DNA of 24,896 nucleotides from a virus (lineage: Duplodnaviria; Caudoviricetes). The notes under the pieces are model-generated. The model was not told the origin of the DNA and ran no database searches. It worked only from the letters and a program-made list of their open reading frames with translations. The stretch is from the IMG/VR virus record IMGVR_UViG_3300032237_000370, positions 1-24,896 of that record; one strand, given 5' to 3'. Of this stretch, positions 16,021-24,285 are shown one piece after another; the stretch's first letter is position 1; each line of letters begins with the position of its first letter. The position numbers and the translations under genes are program-made.

Positions 16021-18693
16021 TTATTCTTCGTCAGGAACCCTACGTTGAGCTAAACGCGCACCGTATGCCTTTGCTACAAGATTGTTTACCATTCCAGCTT
16101 CCATACCGGTAACTTGTGTGCCCGGCATAGGGGCACCACCATCACCGGTATTTGTTACATTAGCACCACCAGCAGATACCACGCTGGCGTTGCCATCTGG
16201 ACCAGGGATAAGCCCGGTCGCAAGCATGACAGCTTGGTTGATCTGCGCTCTAAGCATGTCTAGAGCGCCTTGATCAATCATGTCATCACGCAGTTCTTCA
16301 AAGATTTCACTCATCTTCTCATTGGGGAACTCTTCACCAAGCACACGTAGTGCACCACGCTTGGACTCCAGGCCCATCCCCATCTTGGCTTGCACCTCAT
16401 TGAGCTTGATAAGCACGTCAACTGGCAGAGGTTCTGGCCAGTGGATTTCAGTTTGGTAGGTAAGGGGGTCTAACGGATTGAGTTGTGGCAACTGGTCTGT
16501 CTCTGGCTGCGCAGCCATTGCCGGGTTGTACGTCAACCACTCGGGCATGAACACAGCGGCGGTACGGATGACCAGCTCGTTGATCGACTCCAGCCCCTTG
16601 GTGAAGTGGATTCGTTTCATCATGTAACGGTTCATGATTGGCTGATACTGGATAGCCAACGCCACACCGCTCGTGTTGGAGATCGGCTGGGTTAGGCCCA
16701 AAGCGTTTTCTGGTACACCAGTGATCTCGTGCATTGTGCGCTTCAAGAACTGGATGTATTCAAGGGCACCGGCCATCTCACCGCTGGATTCCAAGTTGAA
16801 CACGCTTGCGTCTTTGGGAAGCCCTGCCCACACTTTCTTGGGGCCGCGCTCTAGCTGGTTAGCTTTAGCACCTGTGATAATAGTCACAGGGGAGTTACCA
16901 GTCCAGAAGGTCACGCCGTTGCGGCGAGCGAACCAAATACCATTCTCCACCGTGGGGCACCATACGGTGCCGTCGTAGGCGACTTCAGTAGCACGCTCCA
17001 CCGTATGTTCTGCGAGAACGGTGTTCTTTTGGTAGGTGTCTACGACACCGTGGCCGAGGTTGTTATCGTAAGACCGGGTGCGACGACCAAGCATGGCGCT
17101 GAGCATCTGGAACCCGTCACGGCGTCCATTGTCATTTTGATACCAAGTGTCACGAGTGCCTGCCTTGGTACCGTCTGCGGCCAGCAGGACGTTCAAAAGG
17201 CGCTCAGCCTGGTGGTAAGTGAGGTTTGTCAGGAACTCAGCGGGAAGGCTCTTGTCGGGGCATGTACTGAGAAGCATCTCGGTGAGGGAAGTACCGAGGT
17301 ACCAACCAACAACGCCGCTTTCCCGTTCACGCTGTTCGGTGAAGGTATACCCCTCAGCATTCCAGTACAGCGCCAGGCGACGGATGTCATCGACATAGGA
17401 GGCGTTGACCTTGTTCGACTGGTGCACATAGGAAACTTGTGATCCGCTTGGAAGCGTGGCAATGGACCCCTCGGTCACCCACCAACCAACGAGGTCAACG
17501 AACTCATCAGCGAACTTCTGTACAGTGGTGAACTGTGTGGGGACACCGCCGCCAAGGACGATCTTAGACCCCTGTGGCAGGCTGGGAACACTGCGCTCGC
17601 CGCCACCCGGTTCCAGAGTGCGAGACATCTCACGGATGTATTCACGATTGCGCCCGAATCGCCGCTCGGTAAGCCAGCGGTGGTTAGGGGTTGTTAAAGC
17701 ATCAATATGGTTATCCCACTTGATTAGGTTGCCACGGTACTGGAACAAATTGAATGTCGCCGCTTGCCATTGAATGGCGTTTGTCTCAGCGTTAAGTGTG
17801 AGGATGCCCTCACCATTAACAACATCGGTGTGCTTTTTCCATCCCGATGATGTCAGCACTTCCGTCTGGTCATCGACACAGGCGTGGTAGTTTATGATGT
17901 CACTTACTTCTGTCATCTTCTCGTTGAGTTCACGGTTCAACGGAATGATGTCCCAAATATCAGATTGTCCCCAGGGGGAAGATGAAATAGTTGAGTTAGG
18001 TATGTGGACTACTGGAATGCGCCCAATGCTGTTGGGGTACTGATCAACTAACTCATCGTTTACGTACTGCTCCACCATGTCATCGGTTAAGATTTCAGTG
18101 AACGTATATACCTGGCGGGTTCCTTCTGGAGATGTGCCCCAGAATCTGTACTTCTGTTTGAAGCGCAGCAAGCGGTCCCGGTCGTGTGGGTGGTACTCGG
18201 GAAAGCAGTGACTTGAGTTCATCGGGATGATACGGATGCGGCCTTCGTTGACAATCCCTAAACTGTCTTGATATGGCTCTTCGTAGGCGACCTTCACGAA
18301 GCAATCGCCAGTAACACTGGCTAGCTGGCCCATTTCCCAGAGAGTGAAGTGTTTGTTGTTGTGGGTTTCCCACACCTTGTGCAGAAGGTACGGGGTGATT
18401 GCACCGTTTTGCTCAGGAACCTTGAATTGGATACCTTTTCCAAAGCAGAAGTTTGTAATGTAGTCCGACATGGCACGGACGTAGTTCATCGTGATGTTCT
18501 GCTCACCCTGCTCACGCCGGTATGACCAGTGGTGCCCCAAGTAAAAAGCCCACGCTGCCGAGTAGCGGTTGAGCCTCGGGCCATGCACTTCAAATTCTTC
18601 GTCAGCCAACTCAACAAGACCAAGTGGGCTTACCGAAACGGTAAGATCTCCAGATGATGCTCGCATTGAGGGTGACCAAAAATCAAGTGGCAT
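16021..18693 (-). CDS. Portal protein (SPP1 gp6-like) interrupted by an intein; 561 aa after splicing
   Basis: 'NYVRAMSD', 'GRIPVVHIPN...WGQSDI', 'ISNTSGVAL'; upstream of scaffold and capsid. Confidence 0.92.
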   Translation of the reverse strand: MPLDFWSPSMRASSGDLTVSVSPLGLVELADEEFEVHGPRLNRYSAAWAFYLGHHWSYRREQGEQNITMNYVRAMSDYITNFCFGKGIQFKVPEQNGAITPYLLHKVWETHNNKHFTLWEMGQLASVTGDCFVKVAYEEPYQDSLGIVNEGRIRIIPMNSSHCFPEYHPHDRDRLLRFKQKYRFWGTSPEGTRQVYTFTEILTDDMVEQYVNDELVDQYPNSIGRIPVVHIPNSTISSSPWGQSDIWDIIPLNRELNEKMTEVSDIINYHACVDDQTEVLTSSGWKKHTDVVNGEGILTLNAETNAIQWQAATFNLFQYRGNLIKWDNHIDALTTPNHRWLTERRFGRNREYIREMSRTLEPGGGERSVPSLPQGSKIVLGGGVPTQFTTVQKFADEFVDLVGWWVTEGSIATLPSGSQVSYVHQSNKVNASYVDDIRRLALYWNAEGYTFTEQRERESGVVGWYLGTSLTEMLLSTCPDKSLPAEFLTNLTYHQAERLLNVLLAADGTKAGTRDTWYQNDNGRRDGFQMLSAMLGRRTRSYDNNLGHGVVDTYQKNTVLAEHTVERATEVAYDGTVWCPTVENGIWFARRNGVTFWTGNSPVTIITGAKANQLERGPKKVWAGLPKDASVFNLESSGEMAGALEYIQFLKRTMHEITGVPENALGLTQPISNTSGVALAIQYQPIMNRYMMKRIHFTKGLESINELVIRTAAVFMPEWLTYNPAMAAQPETDQLPQLNPLDPLTYQTEIHWPEPLPVDVLIKLNEVQAKMGMGLESKRGALRVLGEEFPNEKMSEIFEELRDDMIDQGALDMLRAQINQAVMLATGLIPGPDGNASVVSAGGANVTNTGDGGAPMPGTQVTGMEAGMVNNLVAKAYGARLAQRRVPDEE
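16894..17880 (-). mobile_element. Intein (329 aa, precursor residues 272-600) with LAGLIDADG homing endonuclease
   Basis: N-junction YHA|CVDDQTEVLTSSGW; block B TTPNHRW; endonuclease motifs LVGWWVTEGS and LLNVLLAADG; block F VWCPTV; C-junction FWTGN|SPVTII. Confidence 0.93.
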
Positions 18694-18739
18694 GTAATCC
18701 CTCGCTGTGGGTTAGTATAATCTGCACGATTTGTATTCT

Positions 18740-18748
18740 ACTTTACCA
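18740..18748 (-). promoter_or_regulatory. Extended -10 promoter candidate for the portal operon
   Basis: TGGTAAAGT (TGnTAnnnT) in the intergenic gap. Confidence 0.45.
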
Positions 18749-18749
18749 T

Positions 18750-18998
18750 TTATAAATGCGTAAGGTTGGTAACCATGTCTACTGGTATGTGCACTGGGTT
18801 TGAAATTATCAGATCTTGGTCATCATCGTAGAAGTACGATGAGCACACTGTGGTGTACCCCTCTAGAACATCATGTACCAGAAACCCCACAGTTCGTGGG
18901 ATAACCATCTGTGGCTCGTAACAACTTAAACGAACCCACCCCACTGGACCATCAAAGGTGTCCTTCCAAGTTATTTCTACTTTGGGCAGATTCTCCAT
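18750..18998 (-). CDS. Small phage 'WxD...GW...TVG' protein, function unknown; probably leaderless
   Basis: 'VEITWKD...GW...RTVGFL...IP'; no Shine-Dalgarno; ATG 18998 lies 6 nt after TGATACAAT. Confidence 0.75.
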   Translation of the reverse strand: MENLPKVEITWKDTFDGPVGWVRLSCYEPQMVIPRTVGFLVHDVLEGYTTVCSSYFYDDDQDLIISNPVHIPVDMVTNLTHL

Positions 18999-19004
18999 CA
19001 TACA

Positions 19005-19013
19005 ATTGTATCA
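19005..19013 (-). promoter_or_regulatory. Extended -10 promoter (TGATACAAT) overlapped by a 12-bp palindrome
   Basis: Near-consensus TGnTATAAT; palindrome atacaattgtat at 19000-19011. Confidence 0.6.
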
Positions 19014-19018
19014 ATACA

Positions 19019-20188
19019 TTATGATGCAGGTGGATTAGCTGATGTATATAGTTTGCCATTGTAAAATGCACGATTGTTGTGAATTGCTACTTGCTCATAC
19101 CAAAATTCACCGTCACCGTCCTCATAGTGCACAACCCCGATACCTTGCTGCCAGTCTTCTACGATGGTGAGGGGGCGACCATCAAGATCAATGCCCCCCT
19201 TAGTAGAGGGGACTGCACCATTGCACTTAGCTAGTGTGCCGGGGGACGCGGCCAGGATAGTTTTTGCTCCATCCCAGTCTTCTCTGCTGCGCTCTGCCCA
19301 TTCCCGTCTGTGTATGTGCCCGTAAAGAACTGATGTTTTTTGGGTGTTGAGGTAGGCGTGGGCGGTTGACCCGTTTGACCTAACCCTGTCACCGTGGATG
19401 CATCTGAGTCGTTGGTTGATCCATACTTGACCAGCAGGGTAGCCAGGCACATACTGAACCCCGTAATCATCGAAGCGACACAGATAAGGGACACTGAGAA
19501 CAGGCCAACTATCAGGCGTATTGCCCCGCCTGAGTCCGAATGCTGCTTTTGCGTTATCAATGACATAGTTAACAAGCCTTTCTTCGTGGTTTCCAGAAAG
19601 CCAGAAGATCTCAGCGTTCGGTGCTGCATCTCTGACTTGCGCACATAGCAACGTAGCACGGTCAATCGTTGCCTGGGTTGTCATGGAGTAAGCGTTACTT
19701 AGCCGGTATTTACCAAACTCGGGTAGATCCAAGTTGTCACCGAGAAGGATAACCTTATCTGGGTTTATCTTCTTTGTTATGGCTAACGCTATGCTTATCG
19801 CCTCTTCATCATGGGTGCTTTCCAATGACTCGGCTGATAGACGGAAGTACCCGATTTGCATATCTGGAAAAACCACACAAGATTTAAAAGCCCCTTCTGC
19901 TGGCTTTACCTTGTTGGTCGGCATCTTTACCGATGGGCCAGGCGTGACCACAGGCCATTGTGGCCCTGATTCAAACGATGGGCTGATGTGGAAGCCAAAA
20001 AGGTCGTGTACTTCAGCGACACCATCATCGTTCTTGGTAATCATCTGGTGCATACCAATGCGAGTGATCTCGCCTATCTCATCGACGTTGATGTTGTGCT
20101 TATCCAGCAACGTGGCAATGTGGCCAAGTGCCGCCTTGTTGACCTGTGGCCCTTTGTTTAGGGTCTGCTGCAGATCACTCACAGCCAC
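19019..20188 (-). CDS. Calcineurin-like metallophosphoesterase
   Basis: Motifs DMQ (DxH variant), GDNLD, GNHE, IHG and GHIH in canonical order. Confidence 0.88.
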   Translation of the reverse strand: MAVSDLQQTLNKGPQVNKAALGHIATLLDKHNINVDEIGEITRIGMHQMITKNDDGVAEVHDLFGFHISPSFESGPQWPVVTPGPSVKMPTNKVKPAEGAFKSCVVFPDMQIGYFRLSAESLESTHDEEAISIALAITKKINPDKVILLGDNLDLPEFGKYRLSNAYSMTTQATIDRATLLCAQVRDAAPNAEIFWLSGNHEERLVNYVIDNAKAAFGLRRGNTPDSWPVLSVPYLCRFDDYGVQYVPGYPAGQVWINQRLRCIHGDRVRSNGSTAHAYLNTQKTSVLYGHIHRREWAERSREDWDGAKTILAASPGTLAKCNGAVPSTKGGIDLDGRPLTIVEDWQQGIGVVHYEDGDGEFWYEQVAIHNNRAFYNGKLYTSANPPAS

Positions 20189-20450
20189 AGTTTCCCCGAG
20201 CGTGACGTGACAAGGTGCTTGGACTCATCGAATGGCCGTGTGCATTGAGCACACTTGAAAGCCATTCAAACGAGTACACCTTTGCGCGGCCCATTCCGTT
20301 GTCATCTTTGGCCATTTTGAATGCCGTTTTCACGGCTTCCGCTTCCTCGTCAGTGAGGTTGGTGAGAAGACGACCGTAAGCGCACTCTTGCTTGATAGAC
20401 GCTTTCGTTCTGTGCTGTAACGCCTCTAAGAGGTTACCAGTGTTTTCCAT
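20175..20450 (-). CDS. Small HTH-like, possibly Zn-binding protein
   Basis: 'SFEWLSSVLNAHGHSMSPSTLSRH' helix-turn-helix-like segment; N-terminal Cys plus terminal HxxxxCxC; overlaps the phosphoesterase start. Confidence 0.65.
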   Translation of the reverse strand: MENTGNLLEALQHRTKASIKQECAYGRLLTNLTDEEAEAVKTAFKMAKDDNGMGRAKVYSFEWLSSVLNAHGHSMSPSTLSRHARGNCGCE

Positions 20451-20477
20451 CTACTGCCCCTGTGTTGGTGCGGGTTA

Positions 20478-20642
20478 TTACCTCTTATTAGTATACAGGG
20501 GTTTTTCAGGGGATGCAAAGGATGATAATGACTGGATTACATGCAGTAGTTCTTGTTCTTCTTGAGCGCCCTTAGGAATAAGGCGGCGAAGGTACAAGGC
20601 AGCAAGGTATGCGGCGTCAGTGGGATGCATCGTGGTATGCAT
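20478..20642 (-). CDS. Small hypothetical protein (54 aa)
   Basis: MHTTMHPTDAAYLAALYLRRLIPKGAQEEQELLHVIQSL...; AGGAG 5 nt before ATG 20642. Confidence 0.6.
   Translation of the reverse strand: MHTTMHPTDAAYLAALYLRRLIPKGAQEEQELLHVIQSLSSFASPEKPLYTNKR
20490..20518 (-). promoter_or_regulatory. Housekeeping-sigma promoter TTGCAT-N17-TATACT
   Basis: -35 at 20513-20518, -10 at 20490-20495, 17-nt spacer with two CCCCTG repeats. Confidence 0.7.
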
Positions 20643-20695
20643 AAAGGCTCCTGGTAACTCGTTGGAATCCGAGTGTACCAGGAGCCTTTTATTGC
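20639..20695 (-). promoter_or_regulatory. Long hairpin covering the RBS and start codon of the 54-aa gene; possibly also a terminator
   Basis: Minus strand: gcaataaaaggctcctggta-cactcg-gattccaa-cgagt-taccaggagcctttATGc. Confidence 0.75.
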
Positions 20696-20719
20696 AAGGT
20701 TCACGATGGACCAACCCAC

Positions 20720-21079
20720 TCAGGGGGCTGGGGCTTCTTTGGGGGCACCTGGTGCCCAGTAGTGCTGGGCATGGTCGTAGGGCTTAGAGTATGGCCCTAG
20801 CCGGGAACGACTGACCAGGTAGTGTTTACCTTGTTCCCGCCACGCTGGATGACTGCCCGCCCACGAGCCTTCTACGTCAATAGAATGGGAGTCAGTCTCA
20901 CCACCACCGGTCGATTCGGCTGAAAAGTAATGGCGTTCTCTATAAGGAGAATCCCCACCACCACCAAGAGGCATACTTCCAAGAAACTTGCCGACGAACA
21001 TGTCGGGGGGGCCAGTTACACTGTGGGGGTCATCCCCCCTACCCGTAGGGCCACCACGGAGGGAGGATTTGATACCCAT
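20720..21079 (-). CDS. Hypothetical Gly/Pro-rich protein
   Basis: 119 aa; start overlaps the upstream stop (TGATG); fills the gap on the coding strand. Confidence 0.55.
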   Translation of the reverse strand: MGIKSSLRGGPTGRGDDPHSVTGPPDMFVGKFLGSMPLGGGGDSPYRERHYFSAESTGGGETDSHSIDVEGSWAGSHPAWREQGKHYLVSRSRLGPYSKPYDHAQHYWAPGAPKEAPAP

Positions 21080-21480
21080 CAGTCGTATACCCGCACTGCG
21101 CTGGGGCGCTTCATGATGCCACCACTGTTCTGCTCAATGTCGAACATGGGCATACCATCGCCAGCCATTGAACCCTGTACGAACTCTTGCAGCACTTCAG
21201 GGGCTTCAATCCATGAAGCTGAACCTACGTGAGCACGTTCACGCATGGTTTCCTCAGGGTACTTGAAGAACATCTGTGGGTTGGTGTGTACGTCACGGCC
21301 TGGGGCTGGGGAGGTGTCTACGTATGCGCCACGTTGGAAGTCGTTGGGCACGTCGGTGTCAGTAGCCACGCCTTCTTCAAAGCGGTTGGGGCCAGCGTTC
21401 ATAGGCATGTTCATGCCCATTGAACGCTCAAATGCTTGGTCGCCTCGTTCGGGGAGACGGGGTGCTGGACTAATAGCCAT
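21079..21480 (-). CDS. Hypothetical protein downstream of terminase (133 aa), possibly virion-associated
   Basis: 'RFEEGVATDTDVPNDF', 'TMRERAHVGSASWIEAP'. Start moved to ATG 21480 after AGGAGG; TGATATTCT at 21514-21522. Confidence 0.75.
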   Translation of the reverse strand: MAISPAPRLPERGDQAFERSMGMNMPMNAGPNRFEEGVATDTDVPNDFQRGAYVDTSPAPGRDVHTNPQMFFKYPEETMRERAHVGSASWIEAPEVLQEFVQGSMAGDGMPMFDIEQNSGGIMKRPSAVRVYD

Positions 21481-21535
21481 TAAGTAATCCTCCTGAGGGA
21501 TGCTCGTAAACATAGAATATCACTTTTTTACATGA

Positions 21536-23098
21536 TTATCTGTAAAATGGTGACTCACTTACTGATATCTGAGGCAGGGTATTCATTTGCGTTAGGTTAC
21601 AAGCGATAGCCAGTGAATCAGGATAGTCATCGAAAGCGCCTCGTTCATCAGGTGCCGCCGCTAACAGGTAAGGGCCGCGGTAGACCTTTTCCAGATCTGA
21701 CATCTGTTGATTGAACTTCTTCCATGACCTGGTGCGCCTGGCTTTAGAGTGGCCAGGAATGATGAGTTGCTCACGTTGGATAAGTTCAGTCAAGTGGACC
21801 CAGCGCTCGTTCTGGGTCTTGGCATCAGAAGCAACAGGGAGCACTTCGATGGTAGGCATTAGGATCTGTAAACGCTCTGCCACAGCACCGCCAACGCCCT
21901 GACTATCCACTCCAATACGATAGACATCATATTGGCGTACAAAGTCGATAATCTCAAAGTACTGCTTCTCCCATTCCACGTCGTTGATCTCAAGCCAGTT
22001 CAGCACACGGTGTTCATAGAAGCCGAACCCATCTGGATGGTCCCAATCAACCCAGACAGCAGTGGCAACTGTGGAGTCATTGGAGCGTGCAACGTCAATT
22101 CCAATAACAATGGGTGTGCGCCACCACGATTTGACAAGACCCATGGATGCATCGTACATACGCTCAAGACGTTCGTCGGTGACGAACATGCCCTTTTCAA
22201 GAATGAATTCATTCTTGTATGACATACGGAACTCGTCAGAGTCTTCACCAAGTCGCAGTTTCTCTTTGGCGATGAACTTGGCGTAGTTGTTGTTGAACTT
22301 ACTGGCTATTCGGTAGTCATACTCAAAGTGCGCCAACCGATGGCCCCTTCGGAAAGAGGCGTCTCGGCGTCGGTTGTATTGAATCATCTTGTAGAAGTAA
22401 GACTTTTCACGTGTGGCAGTACCAGTTAGCACAATGGTCCCGTTGTTGAACGCCAACATGGGCTTGATGCTCTTGGTAATCATTACCTCGTCAGCACCTT
22501 GGGCTTCGTCTACTACAACGAAGTGGTACGTTTTTGATTCAATCTTGGCTTTAGGGTTACAGGTCTGCATACGGCAGAGCGAGCCACTGCGCTTAAGGGC
22601 TATCACTTTGCCTTTTCCTCGTGACCCACCTGGTGCAGCTTTGTCGTCAAGTTCAGGATCAAGTAGAAAATCCAGGGCGTGCTCACTTGTCAGTTTGCTA
22701 ACAATGCGCCCAAAAATGGTGTCTGCTTGCTCCTCAACTGGCGCAAATACGCCACACCAGAAGCCCTTTGAAAACTTGCTTAACCACGTTGGGTATACAG
22801 TGGCAAGTTTTGGAAGTATAACCATCATGGCTGCGAGTACGTTTGATACGACCTCGCTCTTGCCGCTCTGACGGGTGGCGATGAGGGTGAGTTCTTCACC
22901 GTCACCAAGAATGATGGATTCAATAAAGCGATAAGCGATAGGAACTTGGTATGGAAAAAACTCTATATCACAGAACTCTTCTGTAAACAGAATCAGCTTT
23001 TTTACAAGGTGGTCAATGAACTCTGATGATGTTTCATCAAGTTCCTCATCGACCTCTTCCGCTAGCTCCTCTTCAACTTCCAGTTGAGTTTCACTCAC
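21536..23098 (-). CDS. terL: Terminase large subunit
   Basis: Walker A RQSGKS, Walker B VVVDEA, coupling motif TGT, nuclease motifs GIDVARSNDST and DDYPDS. Confidence 0.95.
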   Translation of the reverse strand: MSETQLEVEEELAEEVDEELDETSSEFIDHLVKKLILFTEEFCDIEFFPYQVPIAYRFIESIILGDGEELTLIATRQSGKSEVVSNVLAAMMVILPKLATVYPTWLSKFSKGFWCGVFAPVEEQADTIFGRIVSKLTSEHALDFLLDPELDDKAAPGGSRGKGKVIALKRSGSLCRMQTCNPKAKIESKTYHFVVVDEAQGADEVMITKSIKPMLAFNNGTIVLTGTATREKSYFYKMIQYNRRRDASFRRGHRLAHFEYDYRIASKFNNNYAKFIAKEKLRLGEDSDEFRMSYKNEFILEKGMFVTDERLERMYDASMGLVKSWWRTPIVIGIDVARSNDSTVATAVWVDWDHPDGFGFYEHRVLNWLEINDVEWEKQYFEIIDFVRQYDVYRIGVDSQGVGGAVAERLQILMPTIEVLPVASDAKTQNERWVHLTELIQREQLIIPGHSKARRTRSWKKFNQQMSDLEKVYRGPYLLAAAPDERGAFDDYPDSLAIACNLTQMNTLPQISVSESPFYR

Positions 23099-23327
23099 GA
23101 CTACCTAGCTCTTTCCACAATGCGGCGATTGCTTCAATAAGCATATCAACATCTTCTTTGGGTATCTTTTTATCGTACTTGTAAGAGTCGAAACCTTTTC
23201 CAAGCTGCATGATAAGAGAATCCATCCAAAGGATTATGTCAGGGGTTGACATCCTGACTGCACGGGATGCAACACGTGTGTTTTCTTTTACCGTTGTTTT
23301 GGACTTATTAAAGATTTTCATTGCCAT
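23091..23327 (-). CDS. Small helical hypothetical protein overlapping the terminase start
   Basis: 78 aa; overlaps both neighbours; AAGGA upstream. Confidence 0.7.
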   Translation of the reverse strand: MAMKIFNKSKTTVKENTRVASRAVRMSTPDIILWMDSLIMQLGKGFDSYKYDKKIPKEDVDMLIEAIAALWKELGSRE

Positions 23328-23647
23328 TCCTTTATCTGCTTTGCAGGAATATCAAGGAACCGCCCTTGTAAAGCGTGTAGTAGGCCGTCCTCCCCCTCTT
23401 TTAGTTTTGGGGTTTTGCAGATGCCAACCTGGAATGTGTATTTGTAAAAGCGGACTTGTATACCTTTGCCGGTTTTCCAAGGTGGGGCTGTATGGCGCAT
23501 TGTAGCCCTGCATAAGAAAGGATCTTTATGCTTACCGATATCCCTTGTAATCCAGTAAATCGGCCCAATGTACTGGAGCCTGTTCATAGTGTCTCTGAAA
23601 AGAAAATAACAACCTATTAGAAATAGTATGATTCCAAAATAAAGCAT
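23318..23647 (-). CDS. Hypothetical protein with N-terminal hydrophobic anchor
   Basis: MLYFGIILFLIGCYFLF followed by a basic domain; RBS AAGGAG. Confidence 0.75.
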   Translation of the reverse strand: MLYFGIILFLIGCYFLFRDTMNRLQYIGPIYWITRDIGKHKDPFLCRATMRHTAPPWKTGKGIQVRFYKYTFQVGICKTPKLKEGEDGLLHALQGRFLDIPAKQIKEWQ

Positions 23648-23667
23648 ATGATCTCCTTGTAGTTCAT

Positions 23668-24285
23668 CTAAAATCCCAAGGGGGGAGTCGTGTTAAACGT
23701 ATACTGGCTTCTATCAAAGTTGCCAGCGGGCTGGCCATCTCTAGTGCGCAGTTCAACTGCGTGCCCATACGAATCGGCGTCTAAGAAATACCTTCTAAAT
23801 GTGTCAACTGTGATGTCTTCAAACATTGATATGTTTGAGCCTTTTACCCATTTTATATACAAGTTAGCAGACATCCTTTTTTCAAATGAAGATTGAGAAG
23901 TAAACGCTTTGTCGTCCATATCTACGATTGCTTGGTATACCTCATCTATACCACCAGGCAAAGAGTAAACAAACTTAGATATGCGGGAGCTGGACTTATT
24001 GGAAGACTCCCCGTCTTCGGGTGCTGTAGTTAGCGTAACCGGTTTAAATAGTTTGACAATCTCTTCTGGGTCCATTCCACCGGCTCTGAGTTTACTAGCT
24101 ACTTGACTGTAGGTACCTGGTGTTTCTCGGGTTGCGTACTGCCAACCCTCTTCTGTTGGCTCTTCTATCGGGGGGCTAAGCAACGCTCTCTGATACGGAG
24201 TCTCTACATCAGAGCCAAGATCCCAGCTTGCAGGCCCCTTCCAGTTAGGGCCTAACCCACCAAGTCTTTTAGGTTTTTCTGCCAT
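23668..24285 (-). CDS. Hypothetical protein with divergent KTSC-like C-terminal domain
   Basis: 'SSRISKFVY...LYIKWVKG...FEDITVDTFRRYFLDADSYG' matches the KTSC pattern by eye, with an insertion. Confidence 0.55.
   Translation of the reverse strand: MAEKPKRLGGLGPNWKGPASWDLGSDVETPYQRALLSPPIEEPTEEGWQYATRETPGTYSQVASKLRAGGMDPEEIVKLFKPVTLTTAPEDGESSNKSSSRISKFVYSLPGGIDEVYQAIVDMDDKAFTSQSSFEKRMSANLYIKWVKGSNISMFEDITVDTFRRYFLDADSYGHAVELRTRDGQPAGNFDRSQYTFNTTPPLGF

Noticed and set aside
18748-18757. ATTTATAAAT palindrome resembling the T4 late promoter TATAAATA
   Set aside because: Imperfect, overlaps a stop codon and is not repeated before other structural genes.
20643-20719. ORF-track starts at 20714 and 20719
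   Set aside because: They run through the hairpin without an RBS; ATG 20642 with AGGAG is better supported.
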